This document shows, in pieces, positions 9,841 to 19,169 of a stretch of 64,000 nt of DNA. Numbering within the stretch: the first letter of the stretch is position 1; each line of letters begins with the position of its first letter. The stretch comes from a virus. The notes below the pieces were generated by a model. The model was given only the letters and a program-made list of their open reading frames with translations, was not told where the DNA came from and ran no database searches. The DNA lies in the IMG/VR virus record IMGVR_UViG_3300028569_000022, positions 1 to 64,000 of that record. One strand, written 5' to 3'. The position numbers and the translations under genes were made by a program.

Positions 9841-11730
9841 ATGAACTCTTTTAACGAAAACACACAATTAACCACTTCAAAACTTAAAACCGTAATTGTT
9901 GGTCATGTTGATCATGGCAAGTCAACTCTTATAGGACGTCTCTTTCACGATACTGATTCATTACCAGAAGGTAAGATAGAACAAATACGTAATGCGAGTA
10001 CTGCTGAAGGAATGGAATTTGAATTTGCATTCTTGTTGGATGCTCTTCTCGAAGAGCAAGAACAAAACATTACAATAGACACAACTCAATTGCCATTCCG
10101 AACAAAACTCAGAGAGTATGTAATTATTGATGCTCCTGGCCATAAAGAATTTTTGAAAAACATGATTACTGGTGCAGCTAATGCTGATGCTGCTATTTTA
10201 CTCATTGATGCACACGAAGGCATTCAAGAGCAATCTAAGCGTCATGCTTATTTGCTTTCATTACTAGGAGTCGAACAAGTTATTGTTGCAATAAATAAAA
10301 TGGACCTTGTTGGATTTAAACAAGAGATATTTGATAGAGTTTGTGCGGAATATTCGGAATTTTTAAAGAGTCTCAACATAATTCCTAGGCAATTTATACC
10401 AATCTCAGCCAAACACGGTCATAACATCACCGCCCCGAGCAGTGAGATGCAGTGGTTCACAGGACCAGCTATTCTTGACGCTTTAGATCAACTTGATACG
10501 CCAAAAACTCTGGAAGGACTGCCTCTGCGTTTTGTTTTACAGGACATTTACCGTTTTGATGAGCGCCGAATTCTTGCTGGTCATATTGAATCAGGTAGAC
10601 TAACTGTCGGCGAGGAATTAGTCTTTTGTCCAAACAGTAAAAGCAGTCGCATAAAAACCATAGAAAGTTGGGGGTCTGATATTCCTAAAACTTCTGCTTT
10701 TGCTGGAGAGTCTGTTGCTATTACTCTTGAAGAACAAATCTTCGTTGAACGGGGACAGATTGCCAGTAGTATAAACGGTTGTCCTATCGAGGGCAGAGAA
10801 ATACAAGCAAGTCTCTTTTGGTTATGTGATGAACCATTAGCGCTTGATAAACCATTTAATCTTAAAATAGGCACACAATCGGTAGAAGGTCGCGTAAAAG
10901 AATTTCAACGAATTTTAAATTCTTCCACATTAGAGCCAATCACCAAATCCCGAACCAGCCTTTTAAAAAACGAGGTAGCTGATGTTCTTATCCGCTTACG
11001 TAAGCCTATTGCGTTTGATAGCAACTCCTACATTAACAGCACAGGCAGATTTGTTATTATTGTAGGTAAACGAATTGGGGGAGGAGGAATTGTTCGAGAA
11101 GCGAACTATAAACATTCAGAAGTAATCAACAAAGATATCACATGGACATTGAGTAATGTATCCAGAGAATCTCGAGCTAAATTATTTGGTCACCGCGGAG
11201 CTGTTATCTGGCTTACGGGATTATCTGGTTCTGGCAAGTCTACTTTAGCTACAGCACTTGAAAATCAACTCTGTGGGCGAGGGATAGCATCATTTGTTTT
11301 AGATGGAGATAATCTTCGTCACGGCCTTTGCTCTAATTTATCATTTACTCATGAAGACAGAACAGAAAACATTAGAAGAGCAGGTGAGACAGCAAAAATA
11401 ATGGCTGAAGCTGGATTGGTTGTTATTTGTTCTCTCATTTCACCTTACCGAGCAGACAGAGATATCGTTAGGAGAATTTGCCAACACAACAGTATACCAT
11501 TTGCTGAAGTTTTCATTAATGCTTCGCTTCAAACATGTGAATCTCGTGATCCACGAGGATTGTACAAAAAGGCTCGTTCAGGAGAGATATCTAACTTTAC
11601 TGGCGTCAGCTCGCCTTATGAACCACCAGAAAGTCCGGAACTTGAAATTGTCACTGATGTGTGTACAAAAGAAGATTCTTTGATTAAGCTCGTCGATTTT
11701 GCTGGTGAGTTTGTGTCTCATTCTTTTTGA
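9841..11730 (+). CDS. cysNC: Bifunctional sulfate adenylyltransferase subunit 1 / APS kinase
   Basis: GTPase motifs [14 protein letters not shown] and NKMD. C-terminal APS kinase [32 protein letters not shown] and [11 protein letters not shown]. Confidence 0.95.
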   Translation: MNSFNENTQLTTSKLKTVIVGHVDHGKSTLIGRLFHDTDSLPEGKIEQIRNASTAEGMEFEFAFLLDALLEEQEQNITIDTTQLPFRTKLREYVIIDAPGHKEFLKNMITGAANADAAILLIDAHEGIQEQSKRHAYLLSLLGVEQVIVAINKMDLVGFKQEIFDRVCAEYSEFLKSLNIIPRQFIPISAKHGHNITAPSSEMQWFTGPAILDALDQLDTPKTLEGLPLRFVLQDIYRFDERRILAGHIESGRLTVGEELVFCPNSKSSRIKTIESWGSDIPKTSAFAGESVAITLEEQIFVERGQIASSINGCPIEGREIQASLFWLCDEPLALDKPFNLKIGTQSVEGRVKEFQRILNSSTLEPITKSRTSLLKNEVADVLIRLRKPIAFDSNSYINSTGRFVIIVGKRIGGGGIVREANYKHSEVINKDITWTLSNVSRESRAKLFGHRGAVIWLTGLSGSGKSTLATALENQLCGRGIASFVLDGDNLRHGLCSNLSFTHEDRTENIRRAGETAKIMAEAGLVVICSLISPYRADRDIVRRICQHNSIPFAEVFINASLQTCESRDPRGLYKKARSGEISNFTGVSSPYEPPESPELEIVTDVCTKEDSLIKLVDFAGEFVSHSF

Positions 11731-11755
11731 AATTAACGTCTAAAAGAAAATGTGA

Positions 11756-11780
11756 GCATCACGAGTTTGATGCGATTTTT
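11756..11780 (+). terminator. Possible weak intrinsic terminator after cysNC
   Basis: GCATCA-CGAGTT-TGATGC followed by GATTTTT. Confidence 0.35.
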
Positions 11781-11803
11781 AATAAGTAATTTGACACGAA
11801 ATT

Positions 11804-12097
11804 ATGAAAAATAGAATCAACATTGAACCTGTAGAAGGTGGATTTAGGGGATTTTTATATGATGGTGAAATTTTGGAGTACGAAACTCCAACATATAGTG
11901 ATCCTGCTCTCGCGTCTAAAGAGTTGTTAAAACATATAAACAGATCTCAGTCAGACTCTAGTCTGCAGAATCAAGTTGAACAATCTCGATTAACCGCTTC
12001 AGTTAACCGTCCAACCCCAGTTTCTCCTCCAGCAATAGTAACCGCCCCTCCTGCAGCAAACACTGCTCCAAGAAAAAGATCTTGTTGTGGCGGCTAA
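11804..12097 (+). CDS. Hypothetical protein, Pro-rich with C-terminal RKRSCCGG
   Basis: 97-aa ORF preceded by a TAAGTA motif; converges on the clamp loader gene. Confidence 0.6.
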   Translation: MKNRINIEPVEGGFRGFLYDGEILEYETPTYSDPALASKELLKHINRSQSDSSLQNQVEQSRLTASVNRPTPVSPPAIVTAPPAANTAPRKRSCCGG

Positions 12098-13035
12098 TTG
12101 TTAACAATTTTATAAACATTTGCTAATACAGCAAAACAGTTTATTTCTTTGTCAACGACAAAACAATCCATCTCCATTCCTTTCGCAACACATAAGAGAA
12201 CTTCCGTCTTAATTTGCTCTGATAAATTACTATTAAATACAAATTCGAAAAAGTGCTTGAGTAGATTTCTGTAATCAGATGAAAAATGTCTTTCGTTCTC
12301 GATGACATATCTGCGAAGTTCGCAAATATCGCCTTTGCTTTGAATTCGTTCTAAAATTTGAGAAACGACAGATCCACATCCGCTATCAACTCTGATGTTC
12401 AAAGAACCTGAAACAGTAAATTTTTGAACATCATTTATAATTCTGCGAACGTCAGGAAGATTTTTCCTAATGTGCTCTAACAATAAAGGCTTTTGCGAAC
12501 TATCAATCGAAATGTTTTCTTTTTGCAGAATCTCTTTAACTCTTTGGACCACGCCTTCAATAGGAGGTGTTAGATTAAAGATTTGAGTGCGGCTTTGCAG
12601 AGCTGGTATAATCTTAAAAAGATAATTGCAAGTTATAATAAATCGAGTATTAGAAGCAAATTCTTCAATAATATTACGCAGAGCTTTTTGGGCATCGAGA
12701 GAAATCTGATCTCCTTCATCCAACAAAACAACTTTGAGTTTACCATCAAGAGATTTAGTTCTAGCAAAACCGGAAATCTTACCTCTAATAGTATCAATGC
12801 CGTTTTCGTCAGATGCGTTAATGTAAAGATATTGGCAATCAAGAATGTCATTTACTATAATTTTTGCTAAACTTGTTTTACCAGAACCTTGTACTCCTGC
12901 AAAAAGCAAGTGTGGTATTTCTTGTTTTTCTTGCAGAGACTCAAAAAATGCTCGGTCGTCTTTAGATAGTACAATATCCTCTAGATGGGTCGGTCTATAT
13001 TTCTCAACGAGTAGATTGCTAAAGTCGCTCATCAA
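12094..13035 (-). CDS. Sliding-clamp loader ATPase subunit (T4 gp44 / RFC-small-like)
   Basis: LVEKYRP, PHLLFAGVQGSGKTS Walker A, INASDENGID, LLDEGD Walker B, LQSR. Confidence 0.92.
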   Translation of the reverse strand: MMSDFSNLLVEKYRPTHLEDIVLSKDDRAFFESLQEKQEIPHLLFAGVQGSGKTSLAKIIVNDILDCQYLYINASDENGIDTIRGKISGFARTKSLDGKLKVVLLDEGDQISLDAQKALRNIIEEFASNTRFIITCNYLFKIIPALQSRTQIFNLTPPIEGVVQRVKEILQKENISIDSSQKPLLLEHIRKNLPDVRRIINDVQKFTVSGSLNIRVDSGCGSVVSQILERIQSKGDICELRRYVIENERHFSSDYRNLLKHFFEFVFNSNLSEQIKTEVLLCVAKGMEMDCFVVDKEINCFAVLANVYKIVNN

Positions 13036-13523
13036 TTATATTTTTTATCATGTTCTGATTTCAACCCATATGAACCATCATATTCTTTTAACATTTCAGC
13101 ATCAAAGCTCAAGTATTGACCAATTCGAGTTCCTTTTTTAATCTTAGCTGGTCCAATAGTTACATGAAGTACCCCAGCCATTACACCAGAATAACCACTA
13201 TCATAAAGGCCACTAGTAAGAAATAATCCATTCCTGTTGAGAGTGCTTCTAGTAATTACCCAGCCAGCTTCGTTGGAGCCAACAGTAATTTTATTCTCCA
13301 TGATTACTTCGTATTGTCCTGGTTCCAAGTGAAACATTTCTTTTTCGTCAGGCATTATTTCGTAGGAACCTCTGTGTTTCTTTGCATTTCCAGCAATTTC
13401 AAATACTTCAGGAAGGATTTTAAAAACTTTGCCTAGACGGAGATCTACAGCATTTGGTTGAATGTCTTCTGGCTCGATTCCGGTCAGATCGCTTTTTGTA
13501 TTAGGTCCACAAATGTGTTTCAT
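13032..13523 (-). CDS. Trimeric dUTPase / dCTP deaminase family protein
   Basis: IQPNAVDLRL, TRSTLNRNG, SGLYDSGYSG, GTRIGQ and YDGSY motifs. Confidence 0.85.
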   Translation of the reverse strand: MKHICGPNTKSDLTGIEPEDIQPNAVDLRLGKVFKILPEVFEIAGNAKKHRGSYEIMPDEKEMFHLEPGQYEVIMENKITVGSNEAGWVITRSTLNRNGLFLTSGLYDSGYSGVMAGVLHVTIGPAKIKKGTRIGQYLSFDAEMLKEYDGSYGLKSEHDKKYN

Positions 13524-13524
13524 G

Positions 13525-13707
13525 TTACTTTCTCCCCTCTGTGATCAATTGTCTCCCAACATATGTGTTGCCATCTTGATTTATTTGTTCTCTGACTGGT
13601 TCTTGTCCAGCTTTAATAGCGTGAGTCTGGAGCCAACAAATCAGCTCAGCCTGTTTTTCTGAAGGTACGATGAATGTGCCTTGAATTGTATTGATTACGA
13701 TTGACAT
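13525..13707 (-). CDS. Small hypothetical protein
   Basis: ORF tightly upstream of the dUTPase-like gene; probable ATG at 13707 (MSIVINT...). Confidence 0.55.
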   Translation of the reverse strand: MSIVINTIQGTFIVPSEKQAELICWLQTHAIKAGQEPVREQINQDGNTYVGRQLITEGRK

Positions 13708-13759
13708 AATTAGCACTTTAGTATGTTTATAAAATTAATCAAGCTTGATAATTAGAAGA

Positions 13760-14248
13760 GTGGATGATCCAAACATAACTTCTTTATTAGATGAACTTTC
13801 TTCATTTGACTTCTCTGCGACGACAAATGATATACAAAAACCCAAGGAAGATGAGTCTCCAATAACAGACGAAAATGCTAATCAATATTTTCTAGACAAG
13901 ACTAAAGCAATAATTGATGCTGGAGTGGGAGCTATACAGAATATGACTCCTTATGTTATTCAAGGTCAAGATGCAAGAGAAATCGATGCTTTATCAAAAC
14001 TAATGGCTGCTACGTCACAAGCATTAGATACTTTGAACAAAGGCGCTCTAGTAGACAAAAAAGCTGACAGAGACGAGCAAATGGAATACATCAAGCTACA
14101 GGGAAAAAAAGAGCTAATGCAGTTAAAACAACAAGAACAAGTAAACAAAGCACAAAATAATTTAAATATACTTGTAGCTTCTCCAGAAGAAATTATGAAA
14201 AAACTATTTCCAAATACAGCCAACATTTTAAACATCGAGAATAAATAG
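13760..14248 (+). CDS. Terminase small subunit (T4 gp16-like)
   Basis: Helical core (KAIIDAG..AIQNM...AREIDALSKLM) and C-terminal NNLNILVASPEEIMKKL, which resembles the gp16 NNxxFVGSTxEL tail. The GTG start at 13760 is 5 nt after TAATTA. Confidence 0.6.
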   Translation: MDDPNITSLLDELSSFDFSATTNDIQKPKEDESPITDENANQYFLDKTKAIIDAGVGAIQNMTPYVIQGQDAREIDALSKLMAATSQALDTLNKGALVDKKADRDEQMEYIKLQGKKELMQLKQQEQVNKAQNNLNILVASPEEIMKKLFPNTANILNIENK

Positions 14249-14253
14249 ATATT

Positions 14254-16296
14254 ATGCCGTCATGTCAATATACCACTTTAATTCCTAGTAGTCAATGCAT
14301 AGGAGACTCTCTTCGTACAATAAATTCTAATTTTACCATATTGAATGATGAACTCTGCAAAATCCCGAGAGCAGTGGGAGATGGAAAAGATACGTTCGTA
14401 ACTCATGAAATGGATTTATTAGGGTGTAACAATATAAAGCTTGAACTTGCTCCCAAACCAACATTATATAAAAAATTCGATTCAATTAGCAGTAATATAA
14501 CATTGAGTTCGTGTGCGTTATCTGACGGATTTAACACTGACATGTACGTTTTTCCGTACATAAGCAGTTTGAAGGACTCTAAGCCCATAGGAACTTTTGA
14601 TGCCATTTCAGAAAACGGTTCTCCTCAATTAACTTTATTTTGGACAGCATCATCAAATAATGCTGAAACCGTATTTGCAACAAATAGTTCAGTGTCTTTC
14701 GGTCAAAGAGGTTCTGTATCGCCTGATGGTCCGGTTCACTGTTTTTGTGAGGTTGGAAATATGCTTTATATAGGAGGAGAATTTAATAATATTGGAACAA
14801 CTACATCAAGAAAATTTGCAACGATTAATTCGAGCGGTGGAGATTTACACAACGAATTAGGAAATGTCGGAGTGAGTGCCGTCTCGTTGTTTGATGGTGT
14901 AAACGGAAACGCAGTTGATTTTGGAGAAATTGGATCGGTGAATTTCATAAAAAATACGAGCATTACGATAGATATTGACGCTAATGATATTCGTGACATA
15001 TTTATAATAGGAGGAAGCTTTAGGTCACCTACTGCTGGAAGAAGTTTAACTGTGTGGGACAATACTTCAAAAAAAACTTATCAGTTTTATGTCAATGGTT
15101 CTCTTCATGATTGTGCTGTAGTTGGATCTGATTTATACGTCGTTGGTAGATTTGATTTTGTTAACTTTGGGGTAGAAGCTGAATCATTCAAATCTGGTAA
15201 GAGATACTATAGTAAATCTATATTAAAAATATCTCTATTAAAGTTGTTAAACAACCAACAACACAATTGTATAGATTCTGCTTTCTGTGAAACCATACAA
15301 AGTTCTCTAACAAACGTTTGTGAGATTAATTGTATTGTGGAAACGTCTAATCAACTTTTTATCGGTGGTGATTTTTTTGCTGAAATAGACGGATTATTAA
15401 ATCAACAAAATTTGATGGCTCTGACTCTTACAGGAGAAATAGTACAATCAATTAAGTTGATTGTAAATAAACCTGTATTTACTTTAGCGTATGACGTGGA
15501 CGTTTCAGTGTTGTATGTTGGTGGAGAATTTACTAAAATTGTACAGCAATCGGTATTTAGTGATTCATTGAATCAGCCCGTAATGGAATCTGAAGGTGCT
15601 TATTTACATGCTGCTGCATTTGATGTACAAATTGAACAAGCTCCTGTTTTAATGGATTGGAAACCCCGATTTAATGGAGCGGTAAGAAAAATAGAAATAC
15701 AGAACGCGTTTATTAACAGTAACATATATGCTATAGGTGATTTTACACAAATAAACGACGAATATTCCGGTCATGCTGCAGCTGTAACGAAGGCATCTGA
15801 TCCACTTGTCGGTAACAATATTGGTGCTAAGGTTGATTGGGCTATTGAAACTCCTACAGCTCCAACACGAAATACTAACGCGCTTCTTAAAGGACTCAAT
15901 GGAGTGTATATTGGTGGAACCTTTACCAAAATCGGAGGAACAACGAGGTTTTATTTCTCCAAAGTAGCAGGAGCTGGAGAAACGGCTGGAAACGTAAAGG
16001 CTGATGTGGTTTGGGATTTTGGAGGAAAGGTGCTCACAGCAAATGAACCATACTCATTAATATTTAATGAAATAGACACTGTTCGATCTAAAACACTCTG
16101 TAAACGAAGTGATACCGTCAACGTTACCACTTTTGCTCCATTAAGAGAGCCGTTTCAGAATCAACGTGCTGGACACTTGTGTAGATTCTTTATAAGAAGG
16201 CCGTGTTATAGCGGTGCTAGTGGAAAGTTAGATCTGACTGATGACACTTACGCGAAGTCGGTAAAGATTGTAGGTTGGTCTCTATCATACGTGTAG
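14254..16296 (+). CDS. Virion accessory protein with beta-propeller repeats
   Basis: Repeated LY(I/V)GG(E/D/T)F blades; N-terminal CIGDSLRTINSNF adaptor motif. Confidence 0.6.
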   Translation: MPSCQYTTLIPSSQCIGDSLRTINSNFTILNDELCKIPRAVGDGKDTFVTHEMDLLGCNNIKLELAPKPTLYKKFDSISSNITLSSCALSDGFNTDMYVFPYISSLKDSKPIGTFDAISENGSPQLTLFWTASSNNAETVFATNSSVSFGQRGSVSPDGPVHCFCEVGNMLYIGGEFNNIGTTTSRKFATINSSGGDLHNELGNVGVSAVSLFDGVNGNAVDFGEIGSVNFIKNTSITIDIDANDIRDIFIIGGSFRSPTAGRSLTVWDNTSKKTYQFYVNGSLHDCAVVGSDLYVVGRFDFVNFGVEAESFKSGKRYYSKSILKISLLKLLNNQQHNCIDSAFCETIQSSLTNVCEINCIVETSNQLFIGGDFFAEIDGLLNQQNLMALTLTGEIVQSIKLIVNKPVFTLAYDVDVSVLYVGGEFTKIVQQSVFSDSLNQPVMESEGAYLHAAAFDVQIEQAPVLMDWKPRFNGAVRKIEIQNAFINSNIYAIGDFTQINDEYSGHAAAVTKASDPLVGNNIGAKVDWAIETPTAPTRNTNALLKGLNGVYIGGTFTKIGGTTRFYFSKVAGAGETAGNVKADVVWDFGGKVLTANEPYSLIFNEIDTVRSKTLCKRSDTVNVTTFAPLREPFQNQRAGHLCRFFIRRPCYSGASGKLDLTDDTYAKSVKIVGWSLSYV

Positions 16297-16356
16297 AACT
16301 GGTTATATAAATTTTAAACTGGTATTGTTTATTGAGTTAAAAAGATAAATAAGAAT

Positions 16357-18570
16357 ATGGCTCTACAAGGTATACCAATTTCCCAAGAACAGTGCATAGG
16401 AGACTCCTTAGACACAATCAATAATTCATTTGTTGCTTTGGACTCAAGAACACTTGAATTGTCTAGCAACTTATCGTTAAGCGCTGTATCACTTCACGAA
16501 AAAATAACTAGTTTATCTGCTGGGGATGATGCGTTTACCACCAATTTAAATCTCACCGCTTCGAATCTTTCGTCAAGCTTGACTCTTACTGCATTAAGCC
16601 TTTCCACAAGTTTAGCTCTATCCGCTTTAAATTTACAGACAGCAATATTGGAAATGTCTGGAACTTATACTGTTGCTACTCAGACCACATTCGAATTTAA
16701 TCCGTCTCACAATAACACAACAATTGTATTAACAGGAACGAATAATGTTAAAATAAGCAAGGCTGCTTCTGCAACGTTTAAGCCTAATCACAGAACAACA
16801 ATATTGCAATTAGGCACAGGAAGAGGATATTTTGAAGATCCAGCGTTTAAGGTTAGTTCATTCCAGACTTTAAGCACAGGCGGACAATATACTACTTGTG
16901 AAATCCGAAATATAAACGTAAATGAGGTTAATATGCCTTGGGTCGTAGTAGGACAATTATCTGCGTCTCTTCCTCCTCTTCCTGAACTTCCGGAAATATT
17001 TCAGTTTTCGTTGAAAGGATCTTATAACCAAAACTCAGGAGAGGGGATTGAAATTGCTGGTGTAGAAGATGACATATTTTATTTCAATTCGAGGCCGATG
17101 GATCACTCAAGCACAGAAGTTATGACATTGGTTGTCAATGGAAGGAAACGATTGACTGTAGCGTTTACTTCGGACAGACTAAGAACGTATTTTGGATACA
17201 AACCTAAAGGCACTGCTACTATTTCTACAGCATTGTTTTCGAGGGGAAATGTCTCATTAACTATTCTTAATGCGTCAGAAATAGTTCCTAAAACGCCGGT
17301 AGAAACTCAACCAGGGGTTGGTGAGCTATATGAATATTCTCTTACTGGAGATCGGGAGGACGCGTTAGCAGGAAAAGATATTTCTTTGTGTACGGTTGGA
17401 AACGGAGACGTGCTCTATTACAATTCAACAGTACCAGCTTTATCTAGCGATAGGTTAATTGCGGTCAATGTATTTGTTAATAACGTATGGAGATCAACTA
17501 TTATAGCAAAATCGAATAGACTAGGTTCGGCATTTGGATATAAATTAGACCAAACCGATGCTCCATTGACGTCGATGGTGCACGGAACATTTATTATAGA
17601 TAGTCCATATTCAGGTTCATACTCAAACGTAAATTTAACAGTTGCTAATTGGACTCCACCAACAACGACACCATTCGCTCTTTTTTCAAACAACTTAACT
17701 GGGCCAACCGAAGAAACTGACACTTTACTAAAAAGTGTTAGCTCCTATGGATTTCCAGATACAATATATTTTGAGAACAGGACGGGTAGCACAGCAGTTA
17801 CTTTATTGTCTACTATGTCTGTTGCAGTAAATGGGAATGATAGATTATCTGTCCAGTTTTCGCCGGATCGTGCAGGGTTGGGTTTTCAATATAAAATGCA
17901 GGGTTATAACGATGTATTAACAGGAAAATTTGGAGCCGGTAAAGTTCATCTAACATCTGGAACACATCCGTTAGCGCTTGCTGTTCCATACAATCCGTTC
18001 ACAAACAAATTAAGTGTTGGTGTCAACGATACGTCTAATGGGTTGATTTTTAGTGGTCCTGCAGGTGTTTTTACTGGGTATGTAGCTGGCTTTTGTTTTT
18101 ATAATAATAATCCTGCTCCTTCCACCGGCGGAGTGCCATCTACAGCAACACTATTTATGTCTGGTGATCCAATAAATTCTATAGGAAGTATACTGTTTAA
18201 TGATGGATTGTTGGGTAAAGATTTTGGAGTTAGCTTTACTGGCAATCCAGATGCTCCACAAATGTTCGGAAAGTTTGCTGCTGGAAATGTTGAGCTCTCT
18301 CTTATTCTTACTGGAAATCAAACAGATACTTCTGATAACGATATTGGTATGATGAATTACACTAATTCAGCAAGATTATTTTATAAAAAAAGACCTAACA
18401 CTACAGCACCGGTAGGTGTAACTTCACAATTATATGTAAATTCAAAGTATGTGGCTACAATAACCTACTACGAAGATTATGTTGGACAACAATTTGGGTT
18501 TAGTCCATATAACACATCCGTTCCACTCTACAACAAAACGTTTACAAGCGGTAAAATATTTCTACCGTAA
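16357..18570 (+). CDS. Tail fibre / accessory virion protein with about 5 tandem ~95-aa repeats
   Basis: N-terminal CIGDSLDTINNSF, an LSA-rich coil, and repeated FYF...V.VNG..R..V.F..DR.G..FGY...G.F..G.V.L units. Confidence 0.6.
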   Translation: MALQGIPISQEQCIGDSLDTINNSFVALDSRTLELSSNLSLSAVSLHEKITSLSAGDDAFTTNLNLTASNLSSSLTLTALSLSTSLALSALNLQTAILEMSGTYTVATQTTFEFNPSHNNTTIVLTGTNNVKISKAASATFKPNHRTTILQLGTGRGYFEDPAFKVSSFQTLSTGGQYTTCEIRNINVNEVNMPWVVVGQLSASLPPLPELPEIFQFSLKGSYNQNSGEGIEIAGVEDDIFYFNSRPMDHSSTEVMTLVVNGRKRLTVAFTSDRLRTYFGYKPKGTATISTALFSRGNVSLTILNASEIVPKTPVETQPGVGELYEYSLTGDREDALAGKDISLCTVGNGDVLYYNSTVPALSSDRLIAVNVFVNNVWRSTIIAKSNRLGSAFGYKLDQTDAPLTSMVHGTFIIDSPYSGSYSNVNLTVANWTPPTTTPFALFSNNLTGPTEETDTLLKSVSSYGFPDTIYFENRTGSTAVTLLSTMSVAVNGNDRLSVQFSPDRAGLGFQYKMQGYNDVLTGKFGAGKVHLTSGTHPLALAVPYNPFTNKLSVGVNDTSNGLIFSGPAGVFTGYVAGFCFYNNNPAPSTGGVPSTATLFMSGDPINSIGSILFNDGLLGKDFGVSFTGNPDAPQMFGKFAAGNVELSLILTGNQTDTSDNDIGMMNYTNSARLFYKKRPNTTAPVGVTSQLYVNSKYVATITYYEDYVGQQFGFSPYNTSVPLYNKTFTSGKIFLP

Positions 18571-18668
18571 AATATTCACGTCTGCTTGAAGTAATCGTGC
18601 ATAAGTTTACATAAACTTGCTGCGCAGAAAACGTTGGTGTTTTTGAAGTTAAACGGATAAATAAAAGC

Positions 18669-19169
18669 GTGGCTTTAAGAATATCAAATCTAGAACAAAT
18701 TGCTGAAAAATACAGCAAAAAGCAGTATGTCTTTAAAGACTTACATTTAGATTTTGGTTCAGCTTCGAACTTTAACAGGTTTGAAGAAAAAACGCTGAAT
18801 GGAAATGACGTACAGGTAGATTATGATCTTGCTGCGATCTTTAATTCATTGCGAAATATATTCAACACAAAGCCGGGACAAAGGTTTTTATTTCCGTTAT
18901 ACGGGTTAGATTTAACCCAATTTCTCTTTGAACCAATAACCATGGAAAATGGAAGATCCATAGGCGAACGTATTGGAAGATCCATAGATCAATTTGAAAA
19001 GAGAGTTGAGTTGTTAGAATGTAATGTTACTCCGAATGAAGAAGATAACACGTATGAAATAACAATTAATATAAAAGTGCCTATATATGATACTGTAGCA
19101 ACAATGAGTGCTCTGTTGGATAAAAAAGCTCAAAAAATGACAGTATTACAAACTAGTAGAAACAGATAA
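18669..19169 (+). CDS. Baseplate wedge subunit (T4 gp25 / GPW family)
   Basis: AIFNSLRNIFNTKPGQRFLFPLYGLDLTQFLFEP...FEKRV signature. Confidence 0.9.
   Translation: MALRISNLEQIAEKYSKKQYVFKDLHLDFGSASNFNRFEEKTLNGNDVQVDYDLAAIFNSLRNIFNTKPGQRFLFPLYGLDLTQFLFEPITMENGRSIGERIGRSIDQFEKRVELLECNVTPNEEDNTYEITINIKVPIYDTVATMSALLDKKAQKMTVLQTSRNR

Noticed and set aside
12094-13035. Archaeal/eukaryotic RFC indicating a cellular or NCLDV origin
   Set aside because: The surrounding gp6, gp25, gp53 and gp14-like genes and T4-type late motifs indicate a T4-like phage gp44.
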